Positions 20,842 through 29,475 of a stretch of 32,949 nucleotides of DNA are shown one piece after another. This stretch comes from an uncultured bacterium (lineage in GTDB: Bacteria > Planctomycetota > UBA1135). The notes below the pieces were generated by a model. That model ran no database searches and was not told the origin of the DNA. It was given only the letters and a program-made list of their open reading frames with translations. The translations under genes were made by a program, and so were the position numbers. Within the stretch, counting starts at the first letter, position 1, and every line of letters starts with the position of its first letter. The stretch spans positions 1-32,949 of the forward strand of contig CAXGOF010000003.1 of assembly GCA_964011335.1 (NCBI GenBank), read 5' to 3'.

Positions 20842-22533
20842 TTATCTTGGGAAAGGGTCAGAAGACTGCAATAAAATTCTCAGGTCAGCCATAGGGATGG
20901 GCTTCGACCAATAATACCCTTGACCATAGTCACAACCTAATCCTCGCAAGATATCTAATTGCTCTTTATCCTCGATACCTTCTACAACCGAAATGGCGTC
21001 AATGTCTTCGGCTAAGTTAACCATATTAGAGACCACCGCTAATAATTTTGGATTATCGGATATCCCGCTCAAATACGATCTGTCTATCTTCAACTCTGTA
21101 AGTGGTTGTTCGCTTAGAGCACCCAAAGAAGTGAAGCCGGATCCGAAATCGTCAACAGCTAAGCCCATTCCGGAATCTTTCAGCAATCTTAAATTATTTA
21201 GTCCGTCTTTGGATTCAAGGACCGAAGCGCTCTCCGTAATCTCTGCAGTCACCATCTCAAAAGGTATCTCATACGAGCGGACACGCTCTATAAGTTCTTT
21301 AGCAAAAGATGGGTCTAATAATTCAAAGGGGCTAACATTAAAGCTCATGCGTGGCAGCGCCACCTCTAAAGCTTGCATGGCCAAGAACTCTTCCATGGCA
21401 ATATCTCGCAAGAGTGCTCCGAGCTTGTCGATTAATCCCCAATCCTCTGCGACGGAGATAAACTTTTCTGGGCTTACGAACCCAAGCTCTGGGGAATCCC
21501 AACGCGCCAAAGCTTCTGCTCCATGAATGCTGCCATCTGCAAGATTAATTTGTGGCTGCCAAGCAATAGAAAGCTCCGAGCTCTTGGCCTGAACAGCGCG
21601 ATTGATTAGGGAAGGTATATCGAGCCGTAGCGAAGGCAACTTGATACTGTCGTCGGTGTACAAGAATACTTTACCCTTGCCAGACTTAGCTCCCTCTACA
21701 ATGGACTCGAGTCGCTCAACGACTGCAGCTCGTTCAGAACCTTGGTGCGAAGCAAGGATACTCTTATCGACAAAGATAGCAGCCACTAATGGCGCAAACA
21801 CCGCAAGCTGGTGCTCAGGGGCACTCCTCAGAAACAGTCTAGCTATACGAGACTGTAGGGATTTTAATTTGGCCTTACTGTCAATATTGAGTTCGCCAGA
21901 ACCGCCTTCGCAATCGAAGACCGCCACAGAGAAATCATCTTTATTAAAAATCCATTGATCGCCTGTGAAAACTTCTTTAAGGACAGCCTCTATAGTGGAC
22001 AGCAATGCTGGGCGCATACTGCCAGCAAGAGTCTTCACTTGGCCGCTAAACGAGAACCGCAAGAACAGGATGGACGGTAGCGGCCCTGCGGAAGCAACAT
22101 TAAACAAATAGTCATACAACTGATTCGCATAATTATCAGAGAGCGCTGGCTCGCTGCCCGGTACAGGGATTACGCGGTGTATGGAAGCCATCAAGTCATC
22201 GGCATCCCATGGCTTTTCCAGGAGATCCTTTACTCCGGAACGAAGTGCAGTGAGTAGGTTCTGCTTTTGCCCAAATGCTGTGATAACGATAATAGGCATA
22301 TCTCTAGTCCTAGACTGCGACTGCAGCACATTGACTAACTGCATACCTCCCATTTGAGGCATGTTAAGGTCTGTAATAACGACATCATGCAAAACCTTGC
22401 ATTGCTGAATAACCTCAAGCGCCTCAAGCCCATTAGTCGCGGTGTCGGCATCAATACCCTCCAATTCTAAAAAACGCTTGAGGTTTTTTAGAAGGGTCTC
22501 GTCATCTTCAACAATCAGCGCTTTAATTTTCAT
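20842..22533 (-). CDS. Response regulator: REC + degenerate GGDEF-like + EAL c-di-GMP phosphodiesterase
   Basis: REC (IVEDD, ITDLNMP, TA, KP). EAL motifs EALARW, FNVS, EITES, DDFGSG, KIDRS, EGIE, QGY all intact. Confidence 0.92.
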   Translation of the reverse strand: MKIKALIVEDDETLLKNLKRFLELEGIDADTATNGLEALEVIQQCKVLHDVVITDLNMPQMGGMQLVNVLQSQSRTRDMPIIVITAFGQKQNLLTALRSGVKDLLEKPWDADDLMASIHRVIPVPGSEPALSDNYANQLYDYLFNVASAGPLPSILFLRFSFSGQVKTLAGSMRPALLSTIEAVLKEVFTGDQWIFNKDDFSVAVFDCEGGSGELNIDSKAKLKSLQSRIARLFLRSAPEHQLAVFAPLVAAIFVDKSILASHQGSERAAVVERLESIVEGAKSGKGKVFLYTDDSIKLPSLRLDIPSLINRAVQAKSSELSIAWQPQINLADGSIHGAEALARWDSPELGFVSPEKFISVAEDWGLIDKLGALLRDIAMEEFLAMQALEVALPRMSFNVSPFELLDPSFAKELIERVRSYEIPFEMVTAEITESASVLESKDGLNNLRLLKDSGMGLAVDDFGSGFTSLGALSEQPLTELKIDRSYLSGISDNPKLLAVVSNMVNLAEDIDAISVVEGIEDKEQLDILRGLGCDYGQGYYWSKPIPMADLRILLQSSDPFPR

Positions 22534-22563
22534 TTCTCAGGCCTAGCCACTATCTAGTTCAAC

Positions 22564-22609
22564 AAGTATAGCCTTACGCTTCACACAGCAGTAATCATAA
22601 GCTATACTT
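22564..22609. promoter_or_regulatory. Symmetric divergent promoter region (inverted repeat containing TATACT on both strands)
   Basis: aagtatagc (22564-22572) and gctatactt (22601-22609) are exact reverse complements; each arm carries TATACT pointing at one divergent gene. Confidence 0.6.
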
Positions 22610-22618
22610 AATAACACC

Positions 22619-23167
22619 ATGTACGGCATCGTTCACAACTCCCTGCTTGACCACTTAAAAGACAATCATTCCTCACATGAATGGGATAATGTCATGTCAG
22701 AGTTAGCCGACTATCCGCAGGGAGGGTTTCTGCTTTTCGAAAGCTATGATGACTCGAGCCTGCTAAGCATGATTGGGAAGGCTATAGAAATCGGTCAATT
22801 CGAACCCGATGATTTCCTTATAGATTTTGGAGAATATTGGGTGCTTGAGACTGCGCCAAAGCACTTTGGGGCATTTCTATCATTAACGGGCAATGACATT
22901 CATATATTCATGTCGAATTTAAATACCGTGCACGATAGGGCCTCGGCGCTCTTCCCAGGTTATAGCCCACCGTCTTTCCGCATTTTGGGCAATCTAGAGG
23001 ATGGTGACTTACAGGTCTTCTATTCTTCGAAAAGAGAGGGCTTCGAAAGCTTTGTAATAGGATTGCTGCAGGGTGTATGTAAACGCTTTGAAATCTCTTG
23101 CAGCGTCAAGGTTAGCGGCGTTTTAGAAAGCGGAGAATCTGTCTTCGATGTAAACCTGCTTAAATAA
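22619..23167 (+). CDS. H-NOX heme nitric-oxide-binding protein
   Basis: MYGIV start, YDD, FGEYW, proximal His (LNTVHD), PPSF, YxSxR (YSSKR), GLLQG. Confidence 0.93.
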   Translation: MYGIVHNSLLDHLKDNHSSHEWDNVMSELADYPQGGFLLFESYDDSSLLSMIGKAIEIGQFEPDDFLIDFGEYWVLETAPKHFGAFLSLTGNDIHIFMSNLNTVHDRASALFPGYSPPSFRILGNLEDGDLQVFYSSKREGFESFVIGLLQGVCKRFEISCSVKVSGVLESGESVFDVNLLK

Positions 23168-23174
23168 TACTTAT

Positions 23175-24827
23175 ATGGAAGGGATTGACAGAAAAGCTCT
23201 AGGCGACATATTCCCATTTAACTTTAAGGTCGGAAGGGACATGACCCTGCTTGAAGTGTCGTCAAAACTAGCGGCCGTGTCGCCCAAGATGGTAGTCGGC
23301 TCAAAGGCGCTAGATTGCCTTCAGTTCGAGAGGCCGATTCTTAAGCAATACAGCTTCGACACTCTGCTCAATTACCAAAAAGCGACCGTCGAAGTAAAAC
23401 TTGACGATATTCAAGACGTTAACTTCGTCGGGCAGATTGTGCGAAATCAAAGCTCCCAGCAAGAGATTATTTTTCTAGTCAAACCTTTCGCAAAGAGCTT
23501 AAGCAAGCTATCTGATGCTGGGTTCACTCTATCAGACTTTGCGCCTTCAGATGCATTGCCCGATCTTTTACTTGGTATTCAATTCGCCGACACAAAAAGC
23601 ATCCAGCTGAAGAAACAGAATGAGCTATTAAGCGAAGAGATACAAATTAATAGATTTCTGTCTGATATCTTTGCCTGCGACACCCTTGAAAATTTATTTC
23701 TTAATATTGCGCAAAGTATCTCCAGGACACTCGACGCCGATGACGTTATTATTTACAAAGTTGAGTCGTCTTTGGCCCGCCAAGCTGCTGGTGCCGGCAG
23801 CTCCCGCACATCCGCGCAAGTATCAGAATTAGGTTTTGCCATTCCTACTGGAGTGGGAGTTGTGGGCAAAGCTGTGGCAGAACAAAAAACTCAATTGGTC
23901 ATGGATGTTTCTAAGAATGATGATTATATTGAGGATACAGCTAGCCGGGGAGGATCAGAAATATCAGTGCCAGTAATCATTGATGGCCAGGTGATAGCCG
24001 TGATTGATTCTGAATCAGAGGAGATTAATCGGTATTCCGAAGAAGATGTCCATTTGCTAGAGATATTTGCAGGGCTAGCTGGGGCAGCGATTATTAGCCA
24101 AAAAAGACAAGTGCGCGCACAAGAAGAAACACTTCAGGCGGCACAAAGGTTAAAAAGCAAAAATCAAAACCTAAGGTCAATTTCTCATGAGTTCCGTACT
24201 CCGCTGGCCCAACTTTCTTCTGGAGTGCAACTACTTTCTAGGCACGGGGGCGCCATGGGCGGAGTCGAAAGAAAAGAGACTCTAGAAAGCCTTCTGCATC
24301 CAATTGATAGATTGACAAATCTATTTGACTCGTTAATGAACGAAAATGAAGGAGTAAAGGGAGAAATAGTTATCGAAGAGTTTTGCCTTATAAGGCTAAT
24401 TAATCGGATTGCCAAAGAGGCACTGCGTCCATATGGGAGAGGGGGCGACCTCTTAATATCTTCTCCGCTAAAAGAGCTGAAGCTGCATTCCTCTAGAGAG
24501 AGCCTAACGCAGATCATCATCAATTTACTTGTAAATGCTGCTAAGTACTCGACGATTAACACCGAAATAAAAATCGAGGTGGGGCTGCAAGATCGCCGCA
24601 TATTAATATCTGTTTCGGACCTAGGAATCGGAATAAAAGAGAGCAACTTGGGCGCTATCTTTGAGCCACGCATGAGATCAGAAGAGGCTATGTCAATGGC
24701 TGAAGGGTCCGGATTCGGGCTAAGCATCGTCCGTGACAAAATTGGAGAACTCGGAGGTGAAGTTTCCGTTACTAGCACTGTAGGTCTCGGCTCATGCTTC
24801 AAAGTCTCCATTCCGGAAACGGCTTAG
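23175..24827 (+). CDS. Sensor histidine kinase with HNOBA/PAS-like and GAF domains
   Basis: N-terminal FPFNFKVGRDMTLLEV resembles HNOBA. GAF (GVVG..SEISVPV..DSES), H-box SHEFRTPL, NLLVNAAKY, DLGIGI, GSGFGLSI. Confidence 0.92.
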   Translation: MEGIDRKALGDIFPFNFKVGRDMTLLEVSSKLAAVSPKMVVGSKALDCLQFERPILKQYSFDTLLNYQKATVEVKLDDIQDVNFVGQIVRNQSSQQEIIFLVKPFAKSLSKLSDAGFTLSDFAPSDALPDLLLGIQFADTKSIQLKKQNELLSEEIQINRFLSDIFACDTLENLFLNIAQSISRTLDADDVIIYKVESSLARQAAGAGSSRTSAQVSELGFAIPTGVGVVGKAVAEQKTQLVMDVSKNDDYIEDTASRGGSEISVPVIIDGQVIAVIDSESEEINRYSEEDVHLLEIFAGLAGAAIISQKRQVRAQEETLQAAQRLKSKNQNLRSISHEFRTPLAQLSSGVQLLSRHGGAMGGVERKETLESLLHPIDRLTNLFDSLMNENEGVKGEIVIEEFCLIRLINRIAKEALRPYGRGGDLLISSPLKELKLHSSRESLTQIIINLLVNAAKYSTINTEIKIEVGLQDRRILISVSDLGIGIKESNLGAIFEPRMRSEEAMSMAEGSGFGLSIVRDKIGELGGEVSVTSTVGLGSCFKVSIPETA

Positions 24828-25195
24828 CTCTCGTCAATCTGGTCTGTGATGGGCACGGTACGCGGACTTTCCACTCCACCTAGATGTTCAGTGTCAACTG
24901 GCTCAAATAACAAAATATATGTCAAGGTCGACGCGCTTGGCCGATGCTCAACGCCGCGCGGCATTGTAAACATTTGTCCAGCATCCAAGACTACTTTTGA
25001 ATCGCGCATTTCAAGAGTCAGCTGGCCCTCTAAGCATAAAAAAACCTCGTCTTGCCCGTCATGCACATGCCACTCCAAAAGTCCTTCGCACTTCGCAAGC
25101 TTGATGTACTGGCCGTTTGCTTCGCTTATTATCTTTGGGTGCCATGCAACAGAGATGGAATCCAGCTTAGACTTTAAATCGATTACTTCGCTCAT
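24824..25195 (-). CDS. Cupin domain protein
   Basis: WHP..., WHVHDGQDEVF and PRGVEHRP cupin motifs. Confidence 0.88.
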   Translation of the reverse strand: MSEVIDLKSKLDSISVAWHPKIISEANGQYIKLAKCEGLLEWHVHDGQDEVFLCLEGQLTLEMRDSKVVLDAGQMFTMPRGVEHRPSASTLTYILLFEPVDTEHLGGVESPRTVPITDQIDES

Positions 25196-25225
25196 AACGG
25201 ATTATAAGACCACTCCAGAAAAGAC

Positions 25226-26113
25226 CTACACTTCTAAGCGATTTTTTTGCGCCAAAATATAGTTTTCAGCAGCCTTGTAAGACGAACGCACCATCGGGCC
25301 AGACGCGCAGTAATCAAAACCAAATTCGCTAACCGCAATATCCCCCCATTCGTCAAACTTATCGGGGTGGACATATTCGACGACGTCCAAAAGTTTTTTA
25401 TTGGGTTGAAGGTATTGGCCTAGCGTAAGAATATTTACATCGACTTTGCGCAAGTCAGTCAGTGTTTCACGCATTTCTTCGTCAGTTTCTCCCAGTCCTA
25501 ACATGATAGAGGACTTGGTAATTAAATCAGGGCGGTAGCGTTTCGCCTCAGCCAGCACGTGCAATGTTTGGTCGTACTTAGCGCGCACATCACGTACGCG
25601 GCGATGTAAGCTTTCGACTGTTTCTATATTGTGGGCAAACACATCTAAACCGCTATCGCAAATAGTATGGATACAATCGTTATCGCCTTGAAAGTCTGGC
25701 GTCAACGCTTCAACCAACATATCTGGACGGCGCGCCTTAATCGCCTTAATGATTTTCGCGTAATGCCCCGCGCCGAAGTCAGGCAAGTCGTCGCGGTCAA
25801 CCGAGGTAATCACAATGTAACGCAATTGCTCAATGTCCGTACTAGCAGCAACCTTTTCTGGCTCGTCATGGTCGAGCCAGCCATTGGGGTTTCCGGTCTT
25901 CACCGCGCAAAAACGGCAGCCGCGTGTGCATACATCGCCCATCACCATGATGGTAGCAGTACCGTCATTCCAGCATTCGCCGAGATTGGGGCAACGCGCC
26001 TCTTCGCACACTGTGAACAGGCTCTTTTCACGAAGAGACTTACGCAAGTCTGCGGTCTTTTGACCGCTTGGCAGCTTCATTTTAAGCCACGATGGTTTTT
26101 TAAGTTCAGTCAT
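25226..26113 (-). CDS. lipA: Lipoyl synthase
   Basis: KPSWL, CEEARCPNLGEC, CTRGCRFC, TSVDRDDL, HNIETV, GQYLQP, RSSY. Confidence 0.98.
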   Translation of the reverse strand: MTELKKPSWLKMKLPSGQKTADLRKSLREKSLFTVCEEARCPNLGECWNDGTATIMVMGDVCTRGCRFCAVKTGNPNGWLDHDEPEKVAASTDIEQLRYIVITSVDRDDLPDFGAGHYAKIIKAIKARRPDMLVEALTPDFQGDNDCIHTICDSGLDVFAHNIETVESLHRRVRDVRAKYDQTLHVLAEAKRYRPDLITKSSIMLGLGETDEEMRETLTDLRKVDVNILTLGQYLQPNKKLLDVVEYVHPDKFDEWGDIAVSEFGFDYCASGPMVRSSYKAAENYILAQKNRLEV

Positions 26114-26131
26114 TTCATTAACTACAAATAG

Positions 26132-26148
26132 ATTATAGCGCGTATAGT
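26132..26148. promoter_or_regulatory. Back-to-back -10 elements for lipA (TATAAT, -) and the selenoprotein gene (TATAGT, +)
   Basis: attatagcgcgtatagt within a 41-bp divergent intergenic region. Confidence 0.55.
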
Positions 26149-26154
26149 GGATTT

Positions 26155-27189
26155 ATGCTTAGTTCACTACTCCTCTCCATGTTCATGCTTGCCGCGCAAG
26201 AGCCCGTAGAAGCCTCAGCGCCCACCACCGTCGAAAGCCTAGACGCGTCATATCAGGCTGCGATGGCCGACTATTATGAGGAACTCAATGCTATGTATGA
26301 ATCGGGTGACTTCACCGATCTCGAGCATCCCATTGAAGCGTACTTTGACCAGTTCCGCACTTTTGCCAAAAACGCAAATATCGCTCGCGGCGCACGTGCC
26401 TATGCACAAATTTGGTGCGTGAAGAACTTCGGTGAAAAGAACTGGACGCACCCTGATAAAGTATTTTCCGGCCTAGCAAAATTATTTACATCCGAGTTCG
26501 CCGACTCTGACTTTGCGCTTGAGTTCGCGGCTGCAATGCGCCGAGTACGACTTGAGGTGACTTTCAAAATTGAAGTCCTCGAAGCGCTTAGCAACGCGAC
26601 TCATTCTGAACCGGTCAAGGCGCACTGCATGCTTGCCTGCGCTTACGCTTACGCGGATGGCGACAATCAGGAGATGGCTGACATCACAGTCGATGGGCTC
26701 ATGGAAAAATATCCAGGGTCTAAAGCAGCTGCCGCAGCCGGCCCCCTGTTGGTCAAGCGTCAACTGCAAGTAAGCAAGGTAGCGCCAGCACTTAGCGGTG
26801 TCGATGTCTATGGCAAAGAGCGCCACCTTATAGACACCCGCGGCAAAGTCACTTTTGTTGTTTTCTGGGGTTTCTGGTGAGGCCCTTGTCGGGGCGAAAT
26901 CCCGACTGAAATAGCGCTAGTTGAGCGCTATGCTGGTCAAGATTTTGAGATCTTCGGCGTCAACACAGACGACAACAAAGAAGAATATCTGAAGGAATGC
27001 GAAGAGATGGGTGTTACCTGGAAGAGCATCTTCACCGGTGGTGGGCGCGAAGGCGCTGCTGCCGATTGGGGCGTCGAGTACTACCCTACTTCATACTTGC
27101 TAGACGCAAATGGCGTCATTCGCTACAAAGATTTGCGCGGTGAGCAACTCGAAGAAAAAGTTGCCGAACTAATGGCGGAACTTAACTAG
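26155..27189 (+). CDS. Exported TlpA/ResA-like thiol-disulfide oxidoreductase, probable selenoprotein (UxxC, Sec at TGA 26878-26880)
   Basis: Reading through TGA gives RGKVTFVVFWGFW-U-GPCRGEIP...EIFGVNTD...WGVEYYPTSYLLDANGVIRY, an uninterrupted TlpA fold of 344 aa, with a hairpin right after the TGA. Confidence 0.88.
26888..26906 (+). promoter_or_regulatory. Candidate bacterial SECIS hairpin
   Basis: GTCGGG-gcgaaat-CCCGAC, a perfect 6-bp stem starting 8 nt after the UGA, with a G at the start of the apical loop. Confidence 0.7.
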
Positions 27190-27940
27190 AACGAGTAAAT
27201 ACCCATTCAGTAGCAGTCGATAGCGGCTTATTGAATTTATAGCCAGCGTCATTGAATTTTTTCAGCTGAGCGACGTTTGTTATTTTATTTTCGATGATGT
27301 AGCGTGTCATCAAGCCGCGTGCGGTCTTGGCGAACACGCCAATCATTTTGTAATCGCCGTTTTTTTTCTCTTTAAACTGCGGAGTAATTAATTGTGCCTG
27401 TAGATTATTGGCAACGACTGCTTTGAAGTATTCGTTCGACGCCAAATTGACAATCACCCCTTCGCCTTCAGCATTTAACGCATCCGACAGATCAGACCCC
27501 CAAAACTTATACAAGTTAGAGCCGCAAGCGTTATCTAGCTTTGTACCCATCTCGAGTCGATAAGGTTGTATTAAATCAAAGGGGCGCAAAACGCCGTAAA
27601 GACCTGACAGAATGCGCACTTGCTTATTGGCGAATTTAAGCTGAGTCTTATTGAGAGTGCCGGCGTCAAGAGCCGCATAAACCGCGCCTTTAAAGCACAG
27701 CAAGCTCGGGTGAGCATTCGTCCCTGAATGGCGCTTCTTCCAGGAAGAGTAACGTTCTACATTAAGCTCAGCCAAAGCATCGCTCAGCTTCATCAGCTCC
27801 GCGACTTCGATTTTCGATTTCGATTTAAGAATTTCAATCAACTTGGCGGACTTATTCAAAAACCGCGGCTGTGTTGATTCGACATCGACAGCACTGGTTG
27901 CGAAATCTAGCTTTTTAGCTGGGGATAATAAGACTAACAT
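27182..27940 (-). CDS. yaaA: Peroxide stress protein YaaA (DUF328)
   Basis: LLSPAK, ILSGLYGVLRPFDLIQPYRLEMG, NLASNEY, KTARG motifs. Confidence 0.95.
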   Translation of the reverse strand: MLVLLSPAKKLDFATSAVDVESTQPRFLNKSAKLIEILKSKSKIEVAELMKLSDALAELNVERYSSWKKRHSGTNAHPSLLCFKGAVYAALDAGTLNKTQLKFANKQVRILSGLYGVLRPFDLIQPYRLEMGTKLDNACGSNLYKFWGSDLSDALNAEGEGVIVNLASNEYFKAVVANNLQAQLITPQFKEKKNGDYKMIGVFAKTARGLMTRYIIENKITNVAQLKKFNDAGYKFNKPLSTATEWVFTRSS

Positions 27941-27964
27941 CCGCTTGCGCTATCCGCGCCGAGT

Positions 27965-28552
27965 TTATTTTTTTGTGTTTTGTTTTGTGACATTAAGAAA
28001 ATTATCCATCAAAATCTGACCTTGCGGGCTAAGTATGGACTCGGGGTGGAATTGCACACCAAACCACGGTTTTGACACATGCTCAACCCCCATTATCATA
28101 CCATCCTCCAACCACGCTATCTTGCGCAAAGCAGATGGCAGCATTGGATTACTTGCCTTCAACGAGTGATAGCGTCCCACTACTAGCGGGTTACAGACCC
28201 CCGCAAACAATACAGACTGCGCGTCAAACTGTGCCACCGACGACTTACCATGCTTCGGCTCGGCATCAATAATCAACTCGCCGCCACAAGCCTCGACTAT
28301 AGATTGATGGCCAAGGCACACGCCAAGCACCGGGATGTGGTCCGCTATTTTTTCTAGCAGTTCTAGGCAAGCCCCAGCGCCACTTGGGCGCCCTGGCCCG
28401 GGACTCAAAATGACCGCTTGCGGATTTAAGGCTAGCAACTGATCGGCCGTGTGCACGTCGTTGCGTACTACCTCAACATCAAGATCACGCTCTGCAACCA
28501 TGTGATAAAGGTTGTAGGTAAACGAATCGTAGTTATCGATGAGCAGTAACAT
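27965..28552 (-). CDS. Glutamine amidotransferase, anthranilate/aminodeoxychorismate synthase component II (TrpG/PabA)
   Basis: IDNYDSFTYNL, SPGPG, GVCLGHQ, RYHSL, QFHPES. Confidence 0.95.
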   Translation of the reverse strand: MLLLIDNYDSFTYNLYHMVAERDLDVEVVRNDVHTADQLLALNPQAVILSPGPGRPSGAGACLELLEKIADHIPVLGVCLGHQSIVEACGGELIIDAEPKHGKSSVAQFDAQSVLFAGVCNPLVVGRYHSLKASNPMLPSALRKIAWLEDGMIMGVEHVSKPWFGVQFHPESILSPQGQILMDNFLNVTKQNTKK

Positions 28553-29475
28553 TACCAGCGGAAATGATAGCGCAGCGCCACCGCAGTCTGATTATTGCTT
28601 AGGCCATCGCTGCCACGCTCGACCTCCAGCTGGAGTTTGCTCGAATTGCTCAAGCAATAATTCAGCGCCGCGTTGTAATCATTAATCACGCTCATCGCGG
28701 GGTTGTACTCGCTCATGTCAACCCGAGTAGCTCGAATGGCAGCTTCAATGTCGCCAACGGTTGCTGGGAATAAAAACTTGGCTCGAGGCATATCGTAAAT
28801 TCTGTTGCCCCCGCTAATCACATACGCTGCTTGCAAGGTAAAGGATGTGGACTCGGTGTTGTCAATTTCTAAAGACTGCGCTTCGGCCTGGAAGCTAAAA
28901 GCTCCGGCCTGGTAAAGCGTTTCGACATCGAACATCATGATTTCGTCGCCTTGAAAAAATCTGTCCGACTCGCGAACACCAACTGATGCGCCGATATGCC
29001 AGAAATGGTCTGCCTCTTCATTAGCCAGAATCAGGTCGGTAAAACGCGCTGAAATAGAATTACGAAATACTCCCCAACTCAAATGGGTGGATGGATTCAT
29101 TTCAATGTAGTTAGCAATCCCGATATTGTGATCGCCAGTGAGCATGGTTGCATCTGAACGCTCAAGGAAATTTACTTCGTGACTACTGTGACTATTCTCT
29201 AAGCCAAAGGGCTCTTTAAAATAGCCTAGTTCAATTTTTCCCCAAGAATGGTCAAAACCAATTAACACTTCATGCACTTTTGTCTCTAACTCTTCAATAT
29301 CATTATTGAAGCTAAGCGTATAGTCATAACTGTCACCGAAAGTGCCTTCGGCACCTAAGCGCAAGCGCCGGAGCGCGACATCATCTTCGCGGATGTCTAA
29401 ATCTATTTTCCCGGTAAACGATGCGCCGCTTTCTTGGCAGCCCAGCAAGCTTAAGATCAGCCCGGTTACTATCAT
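28552..29475 (-). CDS. Outer-membrane porin, OprO/OprP-like
   Basis: LRRLRLG..G and GYFKEPFGLE..S....FLERS motifs, amphipathic strands, terminal aromatic (YHFRW). Confidence 0.75.
   Translation of the reverse strand: MIVTGLILSLLGCQESGASFTGKIDLDIREDDVALRRLRLGAEGTFGDSYDYTLSFNNDIEELETKVHEVLIGFDHSWGKIELGYFKEPFGLENSHSSHEVNFLERSDATMLTGDHNIGIANYIEMNPSTHLSWGVFRNSISARFTDLILANEEADHFWHIGASVGVRESDRFFQGDEIMMFDVETLYQAGAFSFQAEAQSLEIDNTESTSFTLQAAYVISGGNRIYDMPRAKFLFPATVGDIEAAIRATRVDMSEYNPAMSVINDYNAALNYCLSNSSKLQLEVERGSDGLSNNQTAVALRYHFRW

Noticed and set aside
13629-26131. Long antisense ORFs such as 13629-14174, 20993-21526, 24185-24811 and 25667-26131
   Set aside because: They lie opposite well-supported genes and have no recognisable motifs.
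26878-26880. Genome-wide UGA reassignment (Trp/Gly) as explanation of the in-frame TGA
   Set aside because: TGA ends actA, SCO, E1-alpha and mutS at expected positions with ATGA overlaps, and Trp is TGG throughout.
27007-27189. Separate 60-aa gene
   Set aside because: It is the in-frame C-terminal part of the TlpA fold after the UGA.
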